IMG/VR virus record: IMGVR_UViG_3300024518_002913
Span: 1 to 35,424 of that record
Length of the DNA: 35,424 nt
Source: a virus
Strand: one strand, 5' to 3'
Shown: positions 23,071-31,423 of the stretch, in pieces
Layout: each line of letters starts with the position of its first letter
How positions within the stretch are numbered: position 1 is the first letter of the stretch
Position numbers and translations under genes: made by a program
The notes under the pieces: generated by a model
What the model saw: only the letters and a program-made list of their open reading frames with translations
What the model was told of the DNA's origin: nothing
Database searches by the model: none

Positions 23071-23079
23071 GGAAAAACT

Positions 23080-23901
23080 ATGAACAATGAACTAATGCTT
23101 AACCCAGAAACAAATCAGAATGCCAAGGAAATGGCCACGTCTTTGGCTCAGTCTAAAATGATCCCTTACGGATTAGCAGGAAAGGCTGTTGATATTTACG
23201 CCATTATTTTAATGGGGCATGAGTTAAATATTCCGCCGATGGCTGCCGTCCAGAATATAAGCGTAATTCAGGGTAAGCCTACAGTATCCCCTCAGATGAT
23301 GCTAGGAATGGTTTTTAGAGCTATGCCAAACGCTGTAATTAAGACTGAAATAGACGAGGAAAACAAAGTGGTAAAGGTGACTACTGCTAGGAGCCTTGAG
23401 CTTTACACCGCAGAAATGCACTATACCGCAACTTGGAACGTGGAAAAAGCTACCGCTATGGGGCTTATAGGAAAGGATAACTATAAAAAGCAACTAATTA
23501 ACATGCTGAAATGGCGGGCAACTGCTGAAGCTTGCAGGGTAACATTTCCTGATATTATCTTAGGGCTTTATATCCCTATGGAATTTGAAACAGTAGCAGG
23601 GGAAGAAATCAGGGAAATTAAAACAGTTCAACAAGAACTAGATGAAGATCACCCGATCCCAGAGGAAGAAAAAGAAATAGGCTCAGGGCTTTATAGAATC
23701 CAACACGGAAAACATAGAGGTAAAAAATTAGAAGATTTAGAGCTTGATGAAATAGAAGCTAGAATAGAATACTTTGACAAAAAACTAGCTAAGGACGATC
23801 TTACCGAGAAATACAGAGAACAACATCTATCAATGGTTAATTATCTAACTAATCTGGAAATAAGCCAGCCTTGGGAAGATGAATCAGTGGCGGCGGTTTA
23901 A
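23080..23901 (+). CDS. RecT/Red-beta-superfamily single-strand annealing protein
   Basis: DIYAIILMGHELNIPPMAAVQNISVIQGKPTVS and LINMLKWRATAEACRVTFPDIILGLYIPMEFE parallel the conserved blocks of lambda Bet and RecT. Confidence 0.55.
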   Translation: MNNELMLNPETNQNAKEMATSLAQSKMIPYGLAGKAVDIYAIILMGHELNIPPMAAVQNISVIQGKPTVSPQMMLGMVFRAMPNAVIKTEIDEENKVVKVTTARSLELYTAEMHYTATWNVEKATAMGLIGKDNYKKQLINMLKWRATAEACRVTFPDIILGLYIPMEFETVAGEEIREIKTVQQELDEDHPIPEEEKEIGSGLYRIQHGKHRGKKLEDLELDEIEARIEYFDKKLAKDDLTEKYREQHLSMVNYLTNLEISQPWEDESVAAV

Positions 23902-24075
23902 ATGAAATGGTATTTTACCACTCTTGGGTCCGGCTTTATAGCGGGCCTATTTGTTGGCCTCGGTATTATGTTTATTCTTGACGGTCTAATAATGACAAGT
24001 AATCTAGTAATTGAAAAAGAAGGCACGGTTAAGCTGGGCTCTAATTTATATCAATGTAAGGAGATTAAAAAATGA
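23902..24075 (+). CDS. Single-TM hypothetical protein (57 aa)
   Basis: Below the track cutoff. Reads MKWYFTTLGSGFIAGLFVGLGIMFILDGLIM...; ATGA overlap downstream. Confidence 0.4.
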   Translation: MKWYFTTLGSGFIAGLFVGLGIMFILDGLIMTSNLVIEKEGTVKLGSNLYQCKEIKK

Positions 24076-24296
24076 AAAAATTAGGTAAAGTTTTATTTAG
24101 TGCAATTTTGCTTGGGGCAATTGCCGCTCTAATTACAAGTTGCGGATCAAAAGTTGAAGCTAATCATGGTTATGATATGTCATGTAGCATGGTTGCGGTT
24201 GATGGGTATATTGGAAACGTCTATAGGTGTGTTAATAGTGAAGTAATTTGCTATGACTCAAGAAATAGAAATACTTACTCTTGTGTGAAGAAATGA
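24072..24296 (+). CDS. Small Cys-rich lipoprotein (74-aa precursor), candidate superinfection-exclusion factor
   Basis: Signal peptide with a canonical lipobox LITS|C; 5 further Cys in a mature part of about 50 aa. Confidence 0.55.
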   Translation: MKKLGKVLFSAILLGAIAALITSCGSKVEANHGYDMSCSMVAVDGYIGNVYRCVNSEVICYDSRNRNTYSCVKK

Positions 24297-24400
24297 GCGA
24301 GGTAGTAAAGGCATATTTATTTTTTCAAATATTGGGGCATTTGATTTTTGGTGTTATGAAAATAATGATGTGGCTAATTAAAATCATTGATAAGTATTAA
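24293..24400 (+). CDS. Possible 35-aa TM micro-protein
   Basis: MSEVVKAYLFFQILGHLIFGVMKIMMWLIKIIDKY; ATGA overlap. Confidence 0.3.
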   Translation: MSEVVKAYLFFQILGHLIFGVMKIMMWLIKIIDKY

Positions 24401-24442
24401 AACAGTTTAGCAATACCGCTAAAAATTAGTTATGAAAGAAGG

Positions 24443-24463
24443 GCTAGGCTATAAACCTAGCCT
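24443..24463. terminator. Hairpin between the convergent early (+) and late (-) operons, a candidate bidirectional terminator
   Basis: GGCTAGG (24443..24449) pairs with CCTAGCC (24457..24463), flanked by A-rich and T-rich runs. It overlaps the last codons of the 24449..24769 gene. Confidence 0.5.
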
Positions 24464-24769
24464 TTTCTTGTGAACGCACCTAAAATCTCTTAGACCTATT
24501 CTTGTCTCTTTATTTGCTAGGTCATAGACATCAACTTGAAAGTTTTTCTTTTTGCACTCGTCTTTGTTCCAGAATTTCCCTTTTTTACAATAAGGAAAAA
24601 ATAGGATTCCCGCTCTATCTCTTTCAATAACTAAGATTCTGTTATCTTCCGCATACTGTCTTATTTTAGAGGCGCAAGCCGTTAGGGTAACACCTATAAA
24701 TACTCCAATAAGAACGGCTTTAAAATAACGTAAAAAACTCTTAATTTTATATAGTGTCTCTAATTTCAT
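24449..24769 (-). CDS. Outer-membrane lipoprotein, o-spanin-like
   Basis: Lipobox VTLTA|C after a hydrophobic segment. Last gene of the lysis cassette, with a 4-nt overlap with the upstream gene. Confidence 0.45.
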   Translation of the reverse strand: MKLETLYKIKSFLRYFKAVLIGVFIGVTLTACASKIRQYAEDNRILVIERDRAGILFFPYCKKGKFWNKDECKKKNFQVDVYDLANKETRIGLRDFRCVHKKRLGL

Positions 24770-25038
24770 TTTGCTGTACCCTCAAGTAGTTTTTTATTTG
24801 CGAATGCTTTAAATTTTTCATCAAGCTCTTTTGTCTTTTGTAATAGGTCAATTATTCGCCCTTGGTCCTGTCCTAAGTGAACATCTGGATCATCGGGGTA
24901 TTTTATTTCCTTGTTACTTTCTAACCATAAATCGTGTTTGGTTTTCTCGACTTCATCGGCCCAGCCAGTGCCTAGCTTGTGAATCCAAATCTTGCCCACA
25001 AGCTGCAAAGTTCCGAGTAGTGCTAACGCTAATTCCAT
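24766..25038 (-). CDS. i-spanin-like protein (N-terminal TM plus coiled coil, 90 aa)
   Basis: ATG at 25038 overlaps the holin stop (TAATG). MELALALLGTLQLVGKIWI is followed by a charged helical region. Confidence 0.4.
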   Translation of the reverse strand: MELALALLGTLQLVGKIWIHKLGTGWADEVEKTKHDLWLESNKEIKYPDDPDVHLGQDQGRIIDLLQKTKELDEKFKAFANKKLLEGTAK

Positions 25039-25217
25039 TATTCTATCTTGGCAACAGTATCTTTTCTTAGAAAAATAGCAACTAAAGACCATACAACGCC
25101 GAAAACTGCTTCTGTAAGCACTGGCGCTGATTTAGGCATGACAGCTATAACTACTCCACCAATACCCATAAATAAGTTAAACCAAATTGTCCTAGACTCG
25201 TACCATTTCTTCTCCAT
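25038..25217 (-). CDS. Holin (59 aa, two TM segments)
   Basis: Below the track cutoff. RBS AAGGA. MEKKWYESRTIWFNLFMGIGGVVIAVMPKSAPVLTEAVFGVVWSLVAIFLRKDTVAKIE has two hydrophobic helices and a charged C-terminus. It sits next to the endolysin gene. Confidence 0.5.
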   Translation of the reverse strand: MEKKWYESRTIWFNLFMGIGGVVIAVMPKSAPVLTEAVFGVVWSLVAIFLRKDTVAKIE

Positions 25218-25287
25218 AATTTATCCTTTTGTTTGGGATCTTTTACTTGACCAGGATAGTCCGGTATTGATCCGTTTATGTTTACTT

Positions 25288-25701
25288 TTATTCTAAACCA
25301 AAAATCTTCTTTGTTCCAATGTCATCTAGCGTTATACCTCTTTTAACTTGAACGTGTCCATGGTTGCCCCTGCCAATATTATGAATAATCATAACCGTTT
25401 TAGGCTTATTAATCGGTCCTGTAGCCCATGCTTGAAATACGCTATTCACCTTAAGAGCTAGATCATTTGAACGCTGCTCAGGCCATCCTCGTAAGCTGAA
25501 ATCAAGCATTCTTCCCTCTTCATGCCCCTTTGATACCCTATCCGGTAAATATTCCGTTATTGACGTTATATCTAGCGGCAAGCTGTGAAGCTCTGCGTAA
25601 CCTACTATATAATGTAAAACTATACCTAGTGCAAATTGCATTTCTTGTAATTCCTTCGGTTGAACATCTGGGCTTTTTAGCGTGAATTGTTTTTTAGTCA
25701 T
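25288..25701 (-). CDS. Peptidase M15-family endolysin (zinc D-Ala-D-Ala carboxypeptidase / L-Ala-D-Glu peptidase fold)
   Basis: GHEEGRMLD matches the HxxGxAxD zinc motif, and a later GNHGHVQV supplies the third ligand. Confidence 0.6.
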   Translation of the reverse strand: MTKKQFTLKSPDVQPKELQEMQFALGIVLHYIVGYAELHSLPLDITSITEYLPDRVSKGHEEGRMLDFSLRGWPEQRSNDLALKVNSVFQAWATGPINKPKTVMIIHNIGRGNHGHVQVKRGITLDDIGTKKIFGLE

Positions 25702-25891
25702 TTAACATAGTTTTGGCTTTTTCTATCCCGTCCTTGATTCTATCTTTTTTCAAATCTTTTTTCATTTTCTTGATAACCTGTATTTCATTGTAATTACTCT
25801 CGGCTTTTTCTATTCGATTTTCCCCTATAGAATCTTTCAGCCTTTTGATTCTTTTCTTTAACTCTTTTTCTCTTTTATCTAAATCATCCAT
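25694..25891 (-). CDS. Lys/Glu-rich coiled-coil hypothetical protein (65 aa)
   Basis: ORF track. Confidence 0.4.
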   Translation of the reverse strand: MDDLDKREKELKKRIKRLKDSIGENRIEKAESNYNEIQVIKKMKKDLKKDRIKDGIEKAKTMLND

Positions 25892-25893
25892 AG

Positions 25894-26187
25894 CTACCTT
25901 TTAATTAAAATTAATATGGTCTTAATGTCACGGTCTATTCCGTCAAGCTTACGATATACTCGAACCATACCTTTTTCACTATCCTTTGACTTGCTTTCAA
26001 GAATTGAGATTCTTTTATCGTTGCTTCTTGATAGCGCTCCCTTGGAATCTTTCTTATATCCGCTGAAAATACTGTTAGAATAAGCTCCCAAGCCGCTAAC
26101 TATTGCAAGAATAATACTAGCAGCACCTATTTTTTTCCCAGCTTGGGTAAAGGTTAGCTTAATTTCCTCTTTTCTTTTCTCGGTCAT
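25894..26187 (-). CDS. Single-TM hypothetical protein (97 aa)
   Basis: TM segment IGAASIILAIVSGLGAY; ATGA overlap with the 1119-aa gene. Confidence 0.45.
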   Translation of the reverse strand: MTEKRKEEIKLTFTQAGKKIGAASIILAIVSGLGAYSNSIFSGYKKDSKGALSRSNDKRISILESKSKDSEKGMVRVYRKLDGIDRDIKTILILIKR

Positions 26188-29100
26188 TTTTTCTGCCTTT
26201 TAAAGTCCTTTGGTCCCGATATTTGCCGCCTTTCATCTTGGGTTAATGCTCTTACACCCTGCTTTCTTACTAAATTTGTACTCTTTTCTACTCCACCCAT
26301 TAATTTTAATTGTGACCAATTTATAAAGCCGCCCAGAAATGCTCCCATTTTATCGCCAACTGTCTGATTTACTGCCCTACCTGATCCAGAAGTATTTTGC
26401 TTAAATTTTAAAGTTGAATCAAATTCTAATAGCCTGACAAGTTTTCCAACTTTTTTGGAGCCGAAAACGTGATTATAAACTCCCCTGTTTGTTTGGAAAT
26501 GTGATTTTATACTGCCAGCCGTAACGTATTCCGTAGGCCCTTGGCCTGACATTTTTTTTGATATGAAATTATTGACGTTTTTAACTGCTGCGTTTCTAAC
26601 TTCTTTTTTGCCTACAACTTCTTCAAGCATTTTTGTTTTTTCTAAATTACCAAATATTAAAGGCAAAAACTTATCATCGGCTGCATCTAAGCCTTTTTTA
26701 TCAAGCCCTAAGTCTGCCATCTTTTTAATTGCTCTTTCGCTCCAAGTCCATTTAACCCTTGCTTCTTCAAACTCACTCATTATTTTAGTATATTTTTTAA
26801 CATTCCTTATGGCTTTTGTGTATACCGATGAACCAACTCTAGCACCTTTTAAAATCTCTTTTTGTGTGTGTACTGTTTCCTCTATTGATGCACCCATAGC
26901 TCCAAGCATTTCATCTTGAACCCTTCTAAGTACCCTATAATGTTTATTAACTTTTCCGCCATTTGAATCAAGCACCTTCTGGGCTATTTCCCCCACTTGT
27001 TTATATTGCTTTCTTACGTCTAAAATACTTAACCTAGTTTTTCCTCTAAGCCCTTCCCTTACGTCTGAAATAACATTAAATAGAACCTCTTGAACTTGTT
27101 TATATGCTTCCGGCTCAAGTTCCTTTGTCGTTTTATGTGGAACCCGTCTTAGTTCTTGGATTTTCTTAACAGTCTTTACACCACCGTAAGGAATTTTTTC
27201 CTTAACTTTCTTTGTTAATGTTTCTGGAATATCTAAAATATTATATCTTAGAGCAAGCCCAGCCAATTCGTCGTGATAAATTTCCATATCAACATCAGTT
27301 TGGCGCATAGATTTTTCAACCTTCTCGAATAAATCTCCTGCTTCTTTCCTTACTGTATCAATTAAAACTTTTGCCTTAGTTTTTACTTCCTTTCCTGCTG
27401 TTGCTGGGTCGAATCCCTCACTTGATATTTTCCCAAAATGTCGCTTCAAGTATTTTCTTGTTCCTTTCAATGTCTTTTCTACGTTCTTTCTATATCTATA
27501 TCCCCAACTCCAAGGATTCTGCTCTGCTACGATCTTTTCAAGTTCTAGCATTCCCCTATCGCCTGACTTTTGCCCTCTTGTTGGTTTTGGTAAATCAAAA
27601 TCTCTTGCAGCTTCCTTGAGCATATTTGTTTTTTTCCAAGGATCGTACTCTCTTAACATTCTCAAAGGCTTATAAAAATACTTTTTCCTAAGTGATTTCT
27701 TAATCCCTTTAAAATAATAAGGTGTTGCCCTTTTTGCTGTTGCTCTAACAACTCCCGGCCCATATTTTGAAACTGCTGAACTTCCTAATCCAAGCGCAAC
27801 ATCAAATCCAAGTGATTTTAACTCTTCTTCTTTTGATGCTACTTGTGGATTCCCTGCCATTGTCGATAAAACTTTTCTAAATCTGTTTCCGGCAACTGCC
27901 CCAACTGGATGCCCTATAGGTCCAAGCGTTGAAATTGCCATAGCCTCAAATGGTACATAAGGAAGTACGCCAACTAATTCGGCAAAATCTGCTACTGAAA
28001 TCCCGTCTTTGTTTACTGGGCGCCATTCTCCTTCTTGGAATACATAAAATTCACCTGAGCTTTCATCATAGGTTAATTTTCCATCTGGAATACTTCGCCT
28101 TAAAAGCTCCGCCCTATTTGACTTTTCACCTTCTATCGAATGCCTAAGCCTTAGATTCTCCTGAAAATCTCCTAAATCTGCCTCTGTGTCTGAAATTAAT
28201 ACTTCTGAACCATCTTCTAGTATTAACGATTTTGGAGTATCTACCTTGTCTTTAAATTTTTTATGAAGCCTTCTAAACTCTTTTTCTTCTGCTTCCTCTG
28301 CTTCTGCTTGTCCTGAGTATTTTTCATCTAAGGCTGCATATTCTGCATCTTCTTCTTTACTTGCCGTTTCTCTTCTAGGGTCGTTCCTATAATTTCTTGG
28401 AACGCCTAGGGGGTCTCTTTCATCTTTTTCTATAGGGTCCTGTTCGTCTAGCTCTTGTTCTTTTAAAAATTTCTCTTTCTTGTTTATTTTTTCTTGTTCG
28501 TTTTTATATCTTTCATTTTCCATTTCTTGTAATTCTTTCATCAGCTTTTCATAATTATCATTAATTACTTTTAACGATCTCGCCTTAGAATTGGAATCAT
28601 TCATTATTCTTTCTTTTTCTTCCGCCTGTTCTTCTTTGCTTTGAAAATCACCTTTTCTTATTTTTTCTTTTAATTTGATTAATTGATTTTCGTTATATTC
28701 TTCAATACTCCTTGAGCCTTCTAAAATATCTTTTGTTAATTCTTTTCTGTCTCTTTCATTTTCTATTGCTATCCTTCCAATTTCTTCTTTAACATCTTCA
28801 TCCGTTGGCTCTGATTCATATCTGGGGAGGCTCATTCTCTCATGTGGGTAAAGCTCTCTTTCCCTGCTCATTCCGCCATCTAACCCCTTTTCTCTGCCTC
28901 TTTTAAATACAAAATCCTGATCTTGAAATATTGAATAATCTTGCTCTCTTGCTGGCGTTGATGTGATGCCTTCAGCCGCTGACTGAGGTGACCTATAAGG
29001 CTCCTCATCTTCTCCTGATGGTATTCTTCCTTTGTAATCTGTTTCTGTTGTGACAACATTAACCATACTTTTATGATCGGCTTTTCTTTCTTTTATTAAT

Positions 29101-29543
29101 TGTCTATGGGATTCTTTCGGTGTAAAACCGTTTTTTATGTTATCTTCATGCCTCCATTTTTCATCATGGGTCATTGGTCTTTCAATATATTGATCTAATG
29201 GGATACTATATGCCCTTATTATTTCCCTTATATCTTCTGGCTCACCGATTATAAATTTATCAAAAACCTCTCTATCCATACCTAGGGCCTTATGTTTTTT
29301 CCATAAACTCTCTACTCTGGATTTTTCACCATCTGTTAATTCAAATACAGCAGTTTTTACTGTCTCTGTCTCTGGCTCCTCTGTCCGCATTTCCCTATCA
29401 ACTTTTGGAGCTTCTATAGAATCATTGCTTTTTTCGTAATATTTTTTTACTCTTTTTCTGGATTCTTCGCCGCCGCTGTTACCATAACCAATAGGTACTT
29501 TTTTTGGAAATTCTTTAAGTCTTTCTTGTCTTGTAGTTTTCAA
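26184..29543 (-). CDS. Large internal virion / DNA-ejection protein (putative, T7 gp16-like by size and position)
   Basis: 1119 aa. The N-terminal half is highly charged; a central Gly/Ala-rich hydrophobic stretch reads VGVLPYVPFEAMAISTLGPIGHPVGAVAG...LGLGSSAV. No tube or chaperone genes that would suggest a tape measure. Confidence 0.4.
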   Translation of the reverse strand: MKTTRQERLKEFPKKVPIGYGNSGGEESRKRVKKYYEKSNDSIEAPKVDREMRTEEPETETVKTAVFELTDGEKSRVESLWKKHKALGMDREVFDKFIIGEPEDIREIIRAYSIPLDQYIERPMTHDEKWRHEDNIKNGFTPKESHRQLIKERKADHKSMVNVVTTETDYKGRIPSGEDEEPYRSPQSAAEGITSTPAREQDYSIFQDQDFVFKRGREKGLDGGMSRERELYPHERMSLPRYESEPTDEDVKEEIGRIAIENERDRKELTKDILEGSRSIEEYNENQLIKLKEKIRKGDFQSKEEQAEEKERIMNDSNSKARSLKVINDNYEKLMKELQEMENERYKNEQEKINKKEKFLKEQELDEQDPIEKDERDPLGVPRNYRNDPRRETASKEEDAEYAALDEKYSGQAEAEEAEEKEFRRLHKKFKDKVDTPKSLILEDGSEVLISDTEADLGDFQENLRLRHSIEGEKSNRAELLRRSIPDGKLTYDESSGEFYVFQEGEWRPVNKDGISVADFAELVGVLPYVPFEAMAISTLGPIGHPVGAVAGNRFRKVLSTMAGNPQVASKEEELKSLGFDVALGLGSSAVSKYGPGVVRATAKRATPYYFKGIKKSLRKKYFYKPLRMLREYDPWKKTNMLKEAARDFDLPKPTRGQKSGDRGMLELEKIVAEQNPWSWGYRYRKNVEKTLKGTRKYLKRHFGKISSEGFDPATAGKEVKTKAKVLIDTVRKEAGDLFEKVEKSMRQTDVDMEIYHDELAGLALRYNILDIPETLTKKVKEKIPYGGVKTVKKIQELRRVPHKTTKELEPEAYKQVQEVLFNVISDVREGLRGKTRLSILDVRKQYKQVGEIAQKVLDSNGGKVNKHYRVLRRVQDEMLGAMGASIEETVHTQKEILKGARVGSSVYTKAIRNVKKYTKIMSEFEEARVKWTWSERAIKKMADLGLDKKGLDAADDKFLPLIFGNLEKTKMLEEVVGKKEVRNAAVKNVNNFISKKMSGQGPTEYVTAGSIKSHFQTNRGVYNHVFGSKKVGKLVRLLEFDSTLKFKQNTSGSGRAVNQTVGDKMGAFLGGFINWSQLKLMGGVEKSTNLVRKQGVRALTQDERRQISGPKDFKRQKK

Positions 29544-30695
29544 CTATTTAGCCTTTGGTACTTTAAATCTTCCGTCATTTATTCTTTTTTGTCTCAGCTT
29601 TTTATATCTTAAAAACTCTTTTTCTTCTTTAGTATATTTCTTCTTTCCTTTTTTGTTCCATTGCTGGCCGGGTAGAAGCACTTCCATTAATTTCTGCTTT
29701 ATTGGCTCATTGTATTCTGTAGCAAACGCCTTGCCCTTTCTAATAACATTTTCGCTCATTGTCTCGGCCTCTTGTTCTAGCCCGTAATCTCCACCTTTAT
29801 ATAATTTTTGATTGAAATATTTATCTTCTTTTTCATCTTGAATCATAATTTTACCAAAATGCGACGGCTTATTGATTAGGTTTACATTTCTTTCACCTAG
29901 TATGCTTAATCGTCTATCGTCTAACCCTCTTTCTTTTAACCTTCCGTCATATTTCTCTATCTCTCCAGCAAAGTTTTGAGCCGTTGCAAGTCTTAAGTTT
30001 TCGGCTGCATCAAATAACTGATTCATAACAGGTGCTGAAAATTTCCTACCAGTTTTTCCTTTTACAAAAAATTGTTTAAATTTCCCCATCCAACTATCAA
30101 GATTTTCTATAGCTCTTTCTTCTGCCTCTCTAACGACTCCGGGCTTCTCTTCTGTCATTGGAACCACTTGCCTCATTAATGACCACATATCCGCTGCTGG
30201 GAAATTTTTAGGGGTATTAATCCATTGACGCCTTAATCTTTGTACGCCTAAATGTATTTTTCTTAATCCTCTGTAACCGTTATCTAGTTTGTCTATGTCG
30301 GCTTTCATATCTTTAGAATCTTTGTCTTTGTAAGCTGTGTCTAGCCTAGCAATATAGCCAGTTATTGCGCCCATAGGTATTCTTAAGTCTACAGTATAAG
30401 CTTCCATTTCCTGTATTTCCCTTTGAGAAAATCCAAGATTCATTTTTGCACCATCATCTAGCAAGTCTTTTACTTGCTTTCTTCTTTCTTTTCTCATTAG
30501 TGCTTTTTCTTTTGCGCTTCCTTTATCGTCCCCTTCTGCACCTTTTTTCTTTGCCCTAATTAATTCAAGCGCATATTTTTGCTTAGTTGCTTGATCGAAT
30601 CCTTTAGCAAAGTTCTTAGAAATATTATCTTCTATCCGCCTTGATTCTGCGTCTAACTTCGCTTGCTCTGCTTGTGATGTATCGAAAAAGCTCAT
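29544..30695 (-). CDS. Putative internal virion protein (383 aa)
   Basis: ORF track; charged and helical. The call rests on position only. Confidence 0.35.
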   Translation of the reverse strand: MSFFDTSQAEQAKLDAESRRIEDNISKNFAKGFDQATKQKYALELIRAKKKGAEGDDKGSAKEKALMRKERRKQVKDLLDDGAKMNLGFSQREIQEMEAYTVDLRIPMGAITGYIARLDTAYKDKDSKDMKADIDKLDNGYRGLRKIHLGVQRLRRQWINTPKNFPAADMWSLMRQVVPMTEEKPGVVREAEERAIENLDSWMGKFKQFFVKGKTGRKFSAPVMNQLFDAAENLRLATAQNFAGEIEKYDGRLKERGLDDRRLSILGERNVNLINKPSHFGKIMIQDEKEDKYFNQKLYKGGDYGLEQEAETMSENVIRKGKAFATEYNEPIKQKLMEVLLPGQQWNKKGKKKYTKEEKEFLRYKKLRQKRINDGRFKVPKAK

Positions 30696-30704
30696 ATTAT
30701 TTCC

Positions 30705-31421
30705 TTATCTTCTTTGGAAGCCCTGCTGAATGTGTTGCCTTCCTCTTGTGCCTGAACCTCTAACATAATTATGTCCTGAACTTTGAAAGCCTTGCTGTAT
30801 ATATCCGCGCGCTCTTGATCCATATCCTACCCTTGGCGGCATTGGTGGACCTTGCTGGCCGGGAGCGAGATAGCCTTCTGCATTTCCGCCGCCTCCACTG
30901 GACCAATTTCTTTTACCCATTGCTTGACCATAGCTAGAAGCAAAGCCCCCAACTGCTGCCGTTGCCGATCCTTTAAATAATGACTTAGCAAAGCTGTCTT
31001 GTTTAACGTCATTGAATCTCATTCCAACATTAGTTCCTGAAAGGGTCGATCTTGAAACGGCTCCAAATTCATCCATCATCGCATCTTTTCTTTTGCCAAA
31101 TGAACCCCTATTAAATTCTCTTTTTTCTGCCGTATCTCTACCAAGATTTCTCGATGCGCTTGAGTAAATAGAAGTTGCACCCCCAGCCGATCCACGCTGT
31201 TTTCTTCTATCTGCCATTTTCATGTTAGCGTCTTTCTCGGCTTGCACTAGCGTTTTATCATCGCGCCCTATATCTTCCTTTACTCTATCGTCAACCCTTT
31301 GGTTTCTTCTGGCGAATCTCTGAAAAACTTCGCCTTCACCCTTTGCCGCATCCATCTTGATTTTTTTAAGATCGGCTGCCCCAAGGTCGGCTTTTAATGT
31401 TTTATCTTTAAACCAACCCAT
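30705..31421 (-). CDS. Gly-rich virion-module protein, paralog B (238 aa)
   Basis: Shares blocks with the 219-aa neighbour: LKKIKMDAAKGEGEVF vs LKRIKLAAGRGEGKVL, and FNRGSFGKRKDAMMDEFG vs LNKASFERRKDDIAKEYG. Confidence 0.5.
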   Translation of the reverse strand: MGWFKDKTLKADLGAADLKKIKMDAAKGEGEVFQRFARRNQRVDDRVKEDIGRDDKTLVQAEKDANMKMADRRKQRGSAGGATSIYSSASRNLGRDTAEKREFNRGSFGKRKDAMMDEFGAVSRSTLSGTNVGMRFNDVKQDSFAKSLFKGSATAAVGGFASSYGQAMGKRNWSSGGGGNAEGYLAPGQQGPPMPPRVGYGSRARGYIQQGFQSSGHNYVRGSGTRGRQHIQQGFQRR

Positions 31422-31423
31422 GG

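Noticed and set aside
26184-29543. Calling the 1119-aa protein a tail tape measure, and therefore a siphovirus
   Set aside because: No tail tube, sheath or chaperone-frameshift genes flank it, and the overall gene order matches podovirus internal-protein modules. I kept it as a low-confidence internal virion protein instead.
30827-31012. 61-aa ORF nested in another frame of the 30705..31421 gene
   Set aside because: It lies entirely inside a gene supported by paralogy with its neighbour, and has no RBS.
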